Shown: one piece after another, positions 26,886 to 37,857 of the stretch
Layout of the letters: every line of letters begins with the position of its first letter
Numbering within the stretch: the stretch's first letter is position 1
Source: the human T2T-CHM13v2.0 reference genome, Homo sapiens
Length of the DNA stretch: 64,000 bases
Assembly (NCBI RefSeq): GCF_009914755.1
Contig: NC_060937.1
Direction: 5' to 3' (one strand)
The notes under the pieces: model-generated
The model's input: the letters and a program-made list of their open reading frames with translations, nothing else
What the model was told of the DNA's origin: nothing
Database searches by the model: none
Translations under genes and position numbers: made by a program

Positions 26886-27184
26886 TTTTTTTTTTTTTTT
26901 TTTTTGAGACGGAGTCTCGCTCTGTCGCTCAGCCTGGAGTGCAGTGGCGCCATCTCGGCTCACTGCAAGCTCCGCCTCCCCGGTTTACGCCATTCTCCTG
27001 CCTCAGTCTCCTGAGTAGCTGGGACTACCAGCGCCCGCCACCACGCCCGGCTAATTTTTTGTAATTTTTTGAGACAGGGTTTCACCATGTTAGCCAGGAT
27101 GGTCTCCATCTCCAGACCTCGTGATCCGCCCGCCTCGGCCTCCCAAAGTGTTGAGATTACAGGCGTGAGCCACTGCACCCTGCC
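26886..27184 (-). mobile_element. AluY
   Basis: Full dimer with Y diagnostics (gcaagctccgcc, cgccattctcc); TSD AACTCTTT at 26881 and 27185. Confidence 0.93.
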
Positions 27185-27821
27185 AACTCTTTGGAATAAG
27201 AAGGAATAAAGATGAGGAGAGAAAGAAAAGGGGTTTGTGCCCAAGGCTAGAATAACGACAGCAGTGGAATACAGGCAAGTCTGTCTGCACTTTAGTGATA
27301 GCCCAGGGGCTGGGCTAGGCATCGGGGAAAAGAAAAAGAGCTAGCAGTTCCAGGTGGACCTCTGAATACTTCTCGATGCTGTACAGCCAGGGCAGATGAG
27401 CAAATTGGGGTCCTCTAGTGAAATAGCTTATTCCACATGTTATAGAAAGGCTCAGAAGAAGATGGCTCAGAAGGTAGGGATTGCAAAAAGCACCATTGTC
27501 CAGAAAACTTCATGTTCAGATCCATCGGCTTGCTCTTCCTTCTCTCAACTTGCTCTGAAGAGGTTCCTGATGAATATCCTCACTTAAGTCTAAGTCAGAT
27601 GTCATGTCCTAGAAGAACTGGAACATCAGGAAGAATTTCTATGGTACCCTTCCCTCTGTGTAAGTCAACTATTTCTGCCTTATTCTATAATATTATTGAT
27701 TCTTAACTTATTTTTGTTCCTAACCATAGAGCAAATAAGTTTCATGTAAATATAATAGTGATAAAACTGCATTTTCACAGAAAAATATGACCAAACAGCC
27801 TATTACATAATTATAAATAAG

Positions 27822-27827
27822 TTTATT
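27822..27827 (-). terminator. Polyadenylation signal AATAAA for OXGR1
   Basis: TTTATT on the + strand about 1 kb past the stop codon; U/GU-rich sequence follows on the minus strand. Confidence 0.75.
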
Positions 27828-28835
27828 AACTGTACCAACATGTTTATGAGGGTTTTAAATATCCAGACCATGTGTTTTCTCAAATATTTATACTTACCGA
27901 TAATTAAGCACACATACAATTCAAAAATATCTTTAGCTATCACATAGACATATGTTCATTGTAGTCATAAAAGAACAAGGAGTCTAAAGAGAATTAGCGT
28001 TTCCTGGAATATTTTCCCACAAAAATCAAAACAGTGTTAGATATGATTGAACACCCAATACATACATGACATCTGAAAGTGACTTCTGTCCTAGAAAGTT
28101 TCCCTTCCTTCCCCAGGACATGTTAATAATGATGAATACAATTTGATAATTTTCATACATTCAATAAAAACTTTTTAACAACAATAAAGACATAATACTC
28201 CAAATATATTGCAGGTACTAATTTCAACTATTTGCATGGACGTCCTTGGATTATTTCAAGGGTATCTTACTGGCTTGAAGTAATATACAGAACTGGCTAA
28301 ACCCAGTTTTATAATCTCAAAGTTAAGCTTGAAGGAAACAAATTGTAGAGCTCTGAGATGTAAAAAATAAATATTAAGAAAGATACAAGTAGTGGTTTGA
28401 ATTGTCTAATGGTTCAATACAAATAGGCCCAGAGTGCAGAGAAGCATGAAATGATGAGTGAAAAGATTGGTTTTCTCCTATCTTGGCACAAATTTACTGA
28501 GCAATCTAGGGCAAGGGTAAGAAATTGGTTTCCGTGTATATATAGTAAGTTGGTGGGAACAGATGTTCTCTAAGATGCCTCTGAGTTCCAATAGCTTGTA
28601 ATACTATGTCTGAATACTTTGCTGATATACATGCATCCCATTCTTATATCTCCCCAGTGGAGGAGCTCAATAAAGGGATTGCAAAGAACTAGAAGCTCTG
28701 CCCTGGCTTTGGCACATGATTACTTGAATACACAGTATTTACCAGGAGTTCCATTGAGGGAGACATCCTGAACATCTTAGGATGCTAGGTAAAGTATCAG
28801 CAAGTATTTGTTTTTGGTTAAGTAAATGAAATATT

Positions 28836-29849
28836 TCAAGGGTTGTTTGAGTAACTAATTTTCTTTGCTTGCTCAAGGTTCCCGCTTACTTTGCATCTCA
28901 CTGTTGAGCAGACAGCCTGCTGAAAGTTGTCGCTGACCACCACATATAGTAACAGGTTACCAAAGGTGTTCAGAGCAGCTAATGGTCTAGAAACGATGTA
29001 AGCTTCATGGATCTGATTCTCAATGGAACAACTGATTGAAAGCAGGCGAGATTCGATCCGAATGACCCTCAAGATATGGAAGGGTAAAAAACATACGTAA
29101 AATGCAAGGAGTAGCAGAATGGTTAGCCTTCGTGCTTTCTGCTTAAGGCAGCTGTCAGTTTGCAGTCCATGGGTCAGAGTGTGGATAATCGTGGTATAGC
29201 AAAGTGTCACTATCACCAAGGGGAGGCAGAAAGTAGTTGCAGTCAAAATCAGGTTGTACCACTTAATAGTATTGAGTTCATCCGAACTGGTGAGGTCGAG
29301 ACAGGCTGATCTGTTGGTCCTGTTGGTTGATGTGATCAAGAAGGTCATCGGAATGACAGCTACCAGTGAAATGATCCACACCACAGCACAGGCTACAACT
29401 GCACATCGAGTTTTGTGAATGGAAAAGCAGCTCATTGGGTGAATGATCACACAGTAGCGGAAGATGCTGAAACAGGTGAGGAAGAGGATGCTGCTATACA
29501 GGTTGAAATGGAAGCTGAAGCGGATAAACTTACACATGAAATCTCCAAAGATCCAGTTTTCGCCACTGGCATAGTAGTGAATCAGGAAGGGGAGGCTGGT
29601 CAGATACAGCAGATCTGTGCAGGCCAGGTTCAGCATAATGATGGTGCTGCTCTTCCAAGGTCTCATTTTGAAAATGTAAGTGGATATCACTACTGCATTG
29701 CCTGGAAATCCCACGAGGAAGATAATGCCATAAATAACAGGGAGGTAGTGCATCTTGAGTGGGATGTTTTCATCAGTGCAATTTCCAAAAGCAGCTGCAT
29801 AATCGGGGAAATCAGAAGCATTTGCTAAATAGTCTAGTGGCTCATTCAT
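28836..29849 (-). CDS. OXGR1: 2-oxoglutarate receptor 1 (GPR99/GPR80), class A P2Y-like GPCR
   Basis: 337-aa intact ORF (MNEPLDYLANASDFPDY...SYSNNP) with seven hydrophobic segments, GN in TM1, NLACTD in TM2, FRY at the DRY position, CFLP in TM6 and NLLLY at the NPxxY position. Kozak context accATG. Recognised as human OXGR1. Confidence 0.98.
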   Translation of the reverse strand: MNEPLDYLANASDFPDYAAAFGNCTDENIPLKMHYLPVIYGIIFLVGFPGNAVVISTYIFKMRPWKSSTIIMLNLACTDLLYLTSLPFLIHYYASGENWIFGDFMCKFIRFSFHFNLYSSILFLTCFSIFRYCVIIHPMSCFSIHKTRCAVVACAVVWIISLVAVIPMTFLITSTNRTNRSACLDLTSSDELNTIKWYNLILTATTFCLPLVIVTLCYTTIIHTLTHGLQTDSCLKQKARRLTILLLLAFYVCFLPFHILRVIRIESRLLSISCSIENQIHEAYIVSRPLAALNTFGNLLLYVVVSDNFQQAVCSTVRCKVSGNLEQAKKISYSNNP

Positions 29850-30452
29850 GGTTGTCTCCTTTCATCTTGCAAGAAAACAAGAGAGTTCAGTTTGGCAATA
29901 TGAATCAAATGAGCAGTAACTCGCTGATAAAGGAAAACAGAAAACATTAATGATAGGGTAATAAAAACAAGGATCTACTTTTAAATGAAAATTATTCTAA
30001 CATCCTAAATTTGCCACTTCTCTCTCTTTAATCTCAAAAGAGACCCTGTGGAGAAGAAATTGAATTTCCAAGAAAATGACTATGAGGCAAGTTACTAAAT
30101 GCATCTAATAAAAATATAAAAGTTAAATTACCATGAGAGTTAAAATGAGGGATTGGGAGAAAAAAGCCACATGTCGCTTTGGAAAACAATTTGGCAAGGT
30201 CACCATTTGGAGAAGCCATAGGGTATCGCCATTAGAGACTTAACAACAGGACCTACTATTAACCAAGTGTGATGCATGCCACCATCACTTACTTCTACAT
30301 GTCACAAAATACTGAAAAGTGTTTCTTATTACCTCTATTTTACAAGAGACTAAGACTGAGAAATGTTTTGCGGCTCGTCTCTGGTAACACATCTAGGGGC
30401 TTAGCTGGGATCCACACTCGCATTTTTCTGACTCAAAAGCCATTCCCTTTCT

Positions 30453-30557
30453 ACATTACCTCTCAGTGCTGCCTCTCAATCTGTATTTTGTTGATTTTCG
30501 TCATGATTGCCGTAAATAACGGAGGGAACAAGTGTGAAGACAGGAAAATGCTGAATA
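30453..30557. repeat. Direct-repeat copy 1 of a 105-bp segment (copy 2 at 31841-31948)
   Basis: acattacctctcagtgctg...aagtgtgaagacaggaaaa-gctgaata is shared, roughly 85% identical by eye. Confidence 0.9.
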
Positions 30558-31569
30558 CTGTAAATTTTAAAAATATAGATTGCACGTATTGCAACATTGT
30601 ATTTGTGGTAGATTTAATTGCACATTTCCACTCTTCCAATTCCTTTTAATAGCTAACATAATTTGTTTGTGCAGGGGAGTGTGTGTGTTGGGGTGGATGG
30701 GGCGGGATCAATGGTATAATGCGGCCATTAGGAGGCTGAGCCCTGAAGCCAGATGGCCAGATTTTGGTGCTCAGATTAGCCATTTAGTAGCGTGTTCCTA
30801 AGCAAGTTGATTAAGCTCTCTAGGGCTGGAAGGAGTGCAATTTTAACTTCCTTCTTCTTGCTTATTAGTGTTTTTAAAAATTTTGACGGTGAATTTTTGC
30901 AATGAGAAAAGTACATCTAGAAGAAGAGTTATAATTAGCTTATTATTTGGATGTAAATAGCTGTTGGTGAAATGCATCCAAGTCCACATTTCTGGAGCAC
31001 CCACTCTGTATTGGGTCCTCTGTCAAGTCCTAGAGATACAAACTGAATAACACACACAGATGTATATGCCACTGTCACAGTCTACTGGGGAAGTGGACAT
31101 GGCAAATTATTTTAACAAAATATAAACCCACCTCATGGAGCTGTCAATAGTATGTTAAAAATAGGAAAAAAAACTCTTGGCTCACTACTGGGCACATAAG
31201 AAAAGCTTAAAAAATATTACGTGATTGTTAGTTGCTAAGTCATTTGATGTATGAATGGTACAAGACTACTGAGATCACAAGGGAAGGAGGAAACATCAGA
31301 GTCTGCCACCATTATTACTATTATCTGATACTAAATCTACACTATCCAGCATTTCCTGAGAGGAGTACAGAGGTATATTTCAAACTAACCCAACTTGACA
31401 AATCCTAAATTAGCAGAATCAGTCCTTCTTGACTGCCCTGAGTATACTCTTCCAAATCTCACTTAGTCCAGGAGGTCTGGGGGAGTTGTAAGGAAATCAG
31501 CATGGTTATGGGATATTGGGAGATGAAGTTGGGAAGGAAAAATAGGGATTAATAAAAAATAATAGTGCC

Positions 31570-31790
31570 TTCTGTGTACAAAGCATTACTGTAAGTGTCT
31601 TACATATTTGAATCTATTTAATCCTCACAACAAATGGTGAGGTAGTGCTGTGATCATCCCCATTCAACAGAAGAGGAAACTGAGGCACGGAGGAGGCAGT
31701 GATGTGCTCAAAGTCAAACCGCTAGTTAGGGGTGAGCCAGGATACGACTGTGGCAGTCTTGTTGCAGGGCTGGGCTGCATCTCACAATGA
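31570..31790 (-). mobile_element. MIR
   Basis: atttaatcctcacaac...atccccatt..acaga.gaggaaactgaggcac core. Confidence 0.75.
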
Positions 31791-31847
31791 GTAGGCAAGA
31801 GGGAAATCTGAAGTGCCTGTAATCACAAAGACCAGTTAGCACATTAC

Positions 31848-31899
31848 CTCTCAGTGCTGTCTCTTCATGTGTATTTTGTTGATTTTCATCAGGATTACC
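31848..31899 (-). other. OXGR1: OXGR1 5'UTR exon (52 nt)
   Basis: Acceptor tttttccctctattatttag|ggt and donor gag|GTAATG on the minus strand. Confidence 0.75.
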
Positions 31900-31979
31900 C
31901 TAAATAATAGAGGGAAAAACAAGTGTGAAGACAGGAAAAGGCTGAATATCTCAGAAAGCTCAATAAATCAAACACTGTA

Positions 31980-32160
31980 GAGTTGTCCCTTAGTATCTGC
32001 AGTGCATTGGTTCCCAGACCCCCAAGGATACCAAAATCTGCAGATGCTCACGTCACTGATATAAAAATAAAATGGTATGGTATTTACACTTAACCTATGC
32101 CCATCCTCCTGTAAATCATCTCTAGATTACTTATAATACCTAATGCAACATAGATGTTAA
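31980..32160. mobile_element. MER2 (TcMar-Tigger) fragment
   Basis: gttgtcccttagtatc...ggataccaaaatc...aaatcatctctagattacttataatacctaat. Confidence 0.8.
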
Positions 32161-32751
32161 AAGTGCTATTCATGAAACTATCATCTACACAGCACTGGAG
32201 GTCATAGGAGTCAGGGACTGCTGACCAGTGAGAGTGCTCTGAAGCCAGGCAACCACAGTGGATGGCTTCTCCCTTGGCAGAATGTCTTAAATGGACTCAT
32301 GCATAAGGAGCAGGAAGTCACTTAAACTTGAAAGAAAATGGTCACAGCCAAGGAGTCCCAGAAGCAGCACGTCCCAAAGACAGTTCTTAGATTATGTCAA
32401 GAGGCCACTAAGTAGCTAATGTTGCTTCTGGAGCAAAGAAGTAAAGATAGTTTTAGTAACGCCCAAAATAATTCTCCAGAGTTATTTCATTCCAATTGGG
32501 ATTTGCCTCAACAGAGACGTGAGAGGAAGAGAAGGGGAGGGAATTCAAGTCCAAGCTGCTTATTTGTCAGCTCCTTGAAAGAAAAACACAAGTCACCTCA
32601 TACCCCAGGGGCTGGCACATGGAAGGTGTGCAGTAAATATTAATATTTGCTGAATGCATTAAAGAACAACCAGTAACATCAGCAAAACTTATATGGTACT
32701 GAAGGGCTACTGAAGGGGCAACTATCATTCTAAAAAAAAGCTTGGTTCTTA

Positions 32752-33059
<308 letters not shown>

Positions 33060-33741
33060 GCAAGCTTAGATCTTTCATGACTTTTAAAGTAGGAAGCAAA
33101 ATTACAATTCCTGTCATTGCCAAATAAACCCTTAGCCATGTTATGGAGACCATGTTAAACAATAATTCTATGAAGAAAAGATGGGTTATAGGTAGAAACA
33201 ACTGCCTTATTGTTCTGAAAAACAATAGTTCAATTCAGATTGAATGAAGACTGACTAGCCAATTGTAAGGGTGGAGGGGTTGACTAGGAAGCTTAATCTG
33301 TGTTCCATAAAACCTCATAAAAGTATGAGTTTACAAAATACGTGTGATGTTAACAACAGCACACAAAAAACCGGTCTGGGCTGTGAGCAGGTAGGATGAA
33401 GCTGTTTCTTTCCTCCCTAGCTTCAGGGCCCAGTGCAATTCACTGCCACAACTCAGAACACCAGATGGTCCACAAACAAATCATTTCAACTCAAAGGACA
33501 TTAAAGACAAATGTGGCACAACCCTGGGTATATTCCCTTCTCTTTCTACAACAGTAGTTCTCAAACGTGAGGAGGTTACAAATCACTTGAAACCAATGGG
33601 TTCTTTGCAAGCAAGAAATAATGATGTATTCAGCTTTAACATAACCAAAAATATAAGTGTGAACTAAGCTAGGTTCAGCATGAATAAAAGCCAGCATCAA
33701 AGGTTGGAATAAACTTGTGAAGAAAAAGCTTATAATTTTAG

Positions 33742-34504
33742 TACAATCACTATGGAGAACAGTTTGGAGGTTCCTCAGCAAACTAAAAACTGAGCTACCA
33801 TATGATCCAGCATTTCCACTGCTGAGTATATACCCAAAAGAAAGGAAATCAGTATATCAAAGAGCTATCCGCATTCCCATGTTTGTTGCAGCCCTGTTCA
33901 CAGTAGCCAAGATTTGGAAGCAACCTAAGTGTCCATCCACAGATGAATGGATAAAGAAAATGTGGTACTTATACATGGTGGAGTACTATTCAGCCATAAA
34001 AAAGAATGAGATCCTGTCATTTGCAACCTCATGGGTAGAACTGGAGGTCATTATGGGAAGTGAAAAAAGCCAGGCATGGAAAGACAAACATTGCATGTTC
34101 TCACTCATTCATGGGATCTAAAAATCAAAACAACTGAACTCATGGGCATAGAGAGTAGAAGGATGGTTACCAGAAGCTGGGAAGAGTAGTGGGGGACTGG
34201 TGGAGGGGATGGCTAATGTGTACAAAAAAAAAAAGAAAGGTAGAAAGAATGAATAAGACCTACTATTTGATGGCACAATGGGGTGACCATAGTCATAATA
34301 ACTTAATTGCACATTTTTAAATAAAGAAGGTAAGTGGATTGTTTGTATTAATAACACAAAGGATGCATGCTCGAGTGGATGGATACCCCATTCTCTATGA
34401 TGTGCTTATTTCACATTGCATGCCTGTATCAAAATATCTCATGTACCCCATAATTATATATACCTGCTATGTATCCACAAAAATTAAGAAATAAAAAAAT
34501 TGTT
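33742..34504 (+). mobile_element. 5'-truncated L1MA-class element (antisense to OXGR1)
   Basis: ORF2 C-terminus (PYDPAFPLL, WIKKMWY) and L1MA-type 3'UTR, flanked by 22-bp direct repeats at 33720-33741 and 34505-34526. Confidence 0.9.
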
Positions 34505-34518
34505 AAGAAAAAGCTTAC

Positions 34519-34669
34519 AATTTTAGCCTTTTTTTCTCTGAAATTGGAAAGTAGCTGTGATTGTTTGAGGCTAGCTGCAGGATGTCAATATTTGGGTAAC
34601 ACACCGTTCGTGGACCGCTGTCCTGATGCCAGCACACCCAGGAACCTCACGGATTGGGATTCCAAGATT
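34519..34669 (-). other. OXGR1: OXGR1 5'UTR exon (151 nt)
   Basis: Acceptor cctgccttctttacccacag|aat and donor att|GTAAGC on the minus strand. Confidence 0.75.
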
Positions 34670-35286
34670 CTGTGGGTAAAGAAGGCAGGATCAGAAATGC
34701 TATCCAGTTAAGTGGCAGCAGATACTACTTCACCTCCACAGAGTACTCTTGCCCATTTGGGAACAAAGAAAGTGGGATTAATGATGAAATGTGATTTTCC
34801 TAAGGTGCCTGTTGGTTTTGCAGATCAGCTTTGTTGGATAAGTTAAGCTCATTATCCAACAATGCCTGTACCTCTCCCTGCTCTCCTCCCTCTCCCCCAG
34901 ACTCCCTGGGTTTTTCTGGTTCTGCTCCCATGCTGAGGTCACAGTTGGTTCTTTCCTCCTTTTCCCAAGATGCCAATGGACGAGGGAGGTGCACAGTTGG
35001 AACACTTAATCTGTTACCTTCTCTCCAGAGTCCTTGGAAGCTCCGAAGCTGGGGTCACTTTGGGTTGTCAAAAAGAAACTTAAGTAGACCTTTCATTCAC
35101 AAAGACTTACTTCGATTTCCCAGTCTACATATTTGAAAACTAATTGTACTTCATACTGGTGGAAAAGAGACCAATTCTTAAAACAGGTAAATTTGTGACT
35201 GGGTAAGTGCTGTCCTCCCTGGTCCCTGAAGGAATCTTTCTCCCCAACCCTTCTGGGAGCCTCAAGGCTCTTCCCTCAATCCCCAC

Positions 35287-35617
35287 TTTATTGTTTTTTG
35301 TTTGTTTGTGTTATTATTGTTGTTGTTGTTTTGGAGACGAAATCTTGCTCTGTCGCCCAGACTGGAGTGCAGTGGCCATGATCTTGGCGCACTTCAACCT
35401 CCACCTCCTGGGTTCAAGGGATCCTCCTGCCTCAGCCTCGGAGTGGCTGGGATTACAGGCCCGTTCCACCACGTCTGGCTAATTTTTTGTATTTGTATAG
35501 AGACAGGGTTTCACCAGCCTGTTGGCCAGGCTGGTCTCGAACTACTGACCTCAGGTGATCCACCTGCCTCAGCCTCCCAAAGTGCTGGGATTACAGACGT
35601 GAGCCACACACCCGGCC
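35287..35617 (-). mobile_element. AluS with (TTG)n-derived tail
   Basis: Full antisense Alu with TSD aatcccca on both sides. Confidence 0.9.
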
Positions 35618-36179
35618 AATCCCCAATTCGTTAAATAAGAATCTGCAACTCAGTTTCCCTGAAGACTATTAAGAGGTCATGTTGATGCAGCCCAAAGATA
35701 TGGTTTTGCCTATTTATTCTTCGGGAGAAACAAATACAACTTCTGAGAGCTCGCTTCAGAAAAATGCATGCATGGACACGCAAATATTATACATACAAGT
35801 TAGAGGTTTATAGACCATTACAAGCTAGTTCACGAATCCATAGCAACGAAACAAAAAACAAGACAGAGAAGAAAGACATTTCAGGGGAAACATTTTCCTC
35901 GCTTGTTGGGGGTGGGGGTGGGGCAGAGTCTTTGGTCGTTTCCAACACCACACAGTCCACCACGATGCAGGGTGAGCTTTGAGAACATTCAGCAGGGCGG
36001 TGATCAATGGGGTGAGGGATTAACTCTGTTTGTCTCCTAAGCACTCTCCCTGCCCACCTCCCAGACCCCTCGCTTGGGTGTGAAAAAAAGTGTGAGATGA
36101 AATCAGCGATCCCTAACTCCCCCAGTTCTCTCCAAGTCAAATGTCTTCTCGCCCTGGGCTTTTTGTTCCCTAAAATGAA

Positions 36180-36760
36180 ACTTCGCCTCCCGCCACAGGA
36201 TCTGGGGTGCTCCTGCTGCCTCCAGAGAAGAAGGGGGCGCTGCTCCGTCCGACCCTGCCTGCTGCAGGGACGTGCGGGGGTGCTCTTTCCCCTGCTCCTC
36301 GGGCACCTCCCGTCTCCCTCCGGGTCAGGGCAGGGTCCCCTATACCCGCTCCCTCCGGCCGGTGGGCCCCGCTCCCCGATCACGCGCGGCTCACCTGGCA
36401 GCCCCGGCGAGGCGGACATGCGCCCCGCGTGCCTGTGCAGCCTAGTTGGTCCCGGACCGCAGACCTGTCCCGGGGAGGCTGCGCACCGCCCCGCCCCTCC
36501 CACCCCTCCGAGGCCCAGCGAGCAAGTGCGTGTTCTCGGGTCCTCGCCCCGAGCAGCCTGGCCAGCAGCATCCCGCCTCGCCCACTTCCCAGTAGACACA
36601 GGGACAGCGGCTTCCACTCCCGGGACCTCTGGACATCCTCCATCCCGGTTTGGCGGGAAACTGACCCAGGAGAAAGTGTTTGCAGAGGTTCCAAAAAACC
36701 AGCCCGGCGGGAGGGTTGTTGCCCCAGGAGGGTTGTGGCCGCCTTGTCTTGGTCCAGAAA
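36180..36760. promoter_or_regulatory. CpG island / OXGR1 promoter
   Basis: The only strongly GC- and CpG-rich stretch in the window. GC boxes (ccgccccgcccc, about 36486-36497) and an E2F-type TTTGGCGGGAAA at 36649-36660. Confidence 0.85.
36395..36490 (-). other. OXGR1: OXGR1 first exon (5' boundary approximate)
   Basis: Strong donor CAG|GTGAGC at 36395/36394 inside the CpG island. The TSS cannot be fixed from sequence. Confidence 0.65.
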
Positions 36761-36792
36761 TTTCACCACTCTCCTACAGCCCAGTGCCTCTT

Positions 36793-36840
36793 TTTTTTTT
36801 TTTTCTTTTGAGAAGGAGTCTCGCTCTGTCGCCCAGGCGT
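36793..36840 (-). mobile_element. Extremely 5'-truncated Alu (about 29 nt plus A-tail)
   Basis: T-tract plus gagaaggagtctcgctctgtcgcccaggc, flanked by a perfect repeat CCAGTGCCTCTT (36781-36792 and 36841-36852). Confidence 0.88.
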
Positions 36841-37857
36841 CCAGTGCCTCTTATTTAGCGTGGGATGGAGGCGACTTACTGAAGCGTTGTCATTTCCCTG
36901 TATCCAATTACAACCCTGCCCTCCAGCGCTTAGCAAGGTGGCTTAAAAATAGTTTCTATCCCTGCAAAGAGCGTTTGTCTGTATCTCCAGATCTAGGGAG
37001 TAGGTTGCCTTCTTGCTACATAACTTAGGAATCGCCTTTTCTCTTCTCTGAACCTCAGCCACATCGTCCAGTATACTAGCGCCTCCCGAACCGTTGAACT
37101 TCAAGATCTCTTCCAGCATCAAAGAGTTCACTGTATTAGCGAATGGGGGTGCTTGGAGAATGCCCCTCTTCGCTCTTCCATGGACGGGCATTGAATGTCT
37201 CTTCTGCACTTCCATGTTGATGGGCATCAAACACCATGTATAGCCCATCCTCTGGGAATGCCAGCCAGCAGGAGCAAGAATGTTAGGTTAGGTGTCCCAC
37301 CAGGGCCCAGGTGGAAAGATTCCGCCCTGGCTGATGGTTGGGATAGCCCTAGTTAGGCATTTTTATTATCATGCTTATCATTTTGATTATTTGAATTCCA
37401 GCCTCTCCAGGAAAATATTTTGCATTAGGAGAAAAAATGTTCTCTAATTTTACTATGTTTAATCATTTTTTCAATTCTTCATCTGGAAATAGTTGACCCT
37501 GTTTTGTTCCCACCTATGCATTGATCAGACATTTGCTGTTTGATTATTCTGTGTCAAGCACCGTGGAGATATTGAAGAATAATACATAATCTTTGCTTCC
37601 AGGAGCTGATGTCTTATAGGAAAACAAGAAATAAATTAAAAACATGATTAGGGCTTGCCACTTGTAAATAAGGGGCTGGGAGGGGACTAAACCCAAATGA
37701 AGGCTTTCTGAAGTAAAAGACATCCCAGTGTTTTTCCATGGTGAGCAGGATTTCCAGCTAACGAGGAAATGACTTAAAGAGGTTATTTGAAAAACAAGTA
37801 CTGGGTCCTAGAACTCTAGACATGGAAAGGACATTTAAAAATATCCAGTCCTGTAAA

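Larger units (their letters stand above)
27805..29923 (-). other. OXGR1: OXGR1 terminal (coding) exon with 74-nt 5'UTR portion and about 1 kb 3'UTR
   Basis: Minus-strand acceptor ttttctgttttcctttatcag|cgag (AG at 29925-29924). The 3' end is approximate, placed just downstream of the AATAAA at 27827-27822. Confidence 0.85.

Noticed and set aside
29415-29828. 137-aa ORF antisense to OXGR1
   Set aside because: A shadow ORF of the real CDS with a non-ATG start and no recognisable features.
35808-37028. Long overlapping ORFs (269, 253 and 273 aa) on both strands
   Set aside because: They are stop-codon-poor by-products of the GC-rich CpG island, low in complexity, and two run into Alu sequence.
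36943-37248. 101-aa minus-strand ORF upstream of the promoter
   Set aside because: No recognisable homology and no poly(A) or TSD signature of a processed pseudogene. A BLASTP search would be needed to revive it.
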